Made by a program: the position numbers and the translations under genes. From contig CAZMQR010000001.1 in the NCBI GenBank assembly GCA_964568325.1, positions 1-25,757 on the forward strand: a DNA stretch of 25,757 bases, in the 5' to 3' direction. Below, one piece after another: positions 25,608 to 25,757 of this stretch. Each line of letters opens with the position of its first letter. The stretch's first letter is position 1. This DNA comes from an uncultured Chloracidobacterium sp. (GTDB lineage: Bacteria; Acidobacteriota; Blastocatellia; Pyrinomonadales; Pyrinomonadaceae). A model generated the notes under the pieces. The model ran no database searches. It was not told the DNA's origin and worked only from the letters and a program-made list of their open reading frames with translations.

Positions 25608-25757
25608 ATGAACCGCATTCTTGCCGCTATCTCGATCATAGTCGCTGTCAGCATCGGCGTGTTTGCCGGCCGGCCTTACGTTGTGGTTCTCGGCATCGGA
25701 CAGGACGCAGGCGTTCCTCAGATGGGATGCGACTCGCCGTTCTGCCGTCGGGCATGG
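25608..25757 (+). CDS. 5' end of a secreted MBL-fold hydrolase (PqqB/PhnP-like), partial
   Basis: Hand translation MNRILAAISIIVAVSIGVFAGRPYVVVLGIGQDAGVPQMGCDSPFCRRAW: signal peptide then LGxxQDAGxPQxGCxxxxC. Confidence 0.75.
   Translation, partial: MNRILAAISIIVAVSIGVFAGRPYVVVLGIGQDAGVPQMGCDSPFCRRAW

Overview
A GC-rich bacterial chromosomal window; the VWA-domain protein type and general gene content suggest Acidobacteria (inference). Housekeeping genes include a GDPD, cystathionine beta-synthase, fumC, lpdA, a two-lipoyl-domain E2 acyltransferase, an OmpA-family protein, glutamine-dependent nadE and ctaA. The most notable region is 4.7-11.7 kb. There an ArsR-family gene is divergent from a tightly packed minus-strand operon: rhodanese-DUF2892, CstB-like MBL-rhodanese, TAT multicopper oxidase, rhodanese lipoprotein, small ORF, SAM methyltransferase, plant-type methionine gamma-lyase. 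The operon's only large gap hides an ORF absent from the ORF track (6661-6500, minus strand). It starts in the upstream stop codon, has an in-frame TGA in a U-x4-C context followed by a bacterial SECIS-like hairpin, and ends overlapping the next start codon, making it a candidate 53-aa membrane selenoprotein. Between lpdA and the E2 gene is an accessory block: a low-GC solo HEPN gene, a beta-propeller gene broken by a TGG>TAG-like stop, a BrnT-type toxin-antitoxin pair, and a 580-bp non-coding region with a near-consensus promoter and two structured repeats 170 bp apart. No rRNA, tRNA, CRISPR array, transposase or integrase was seen.
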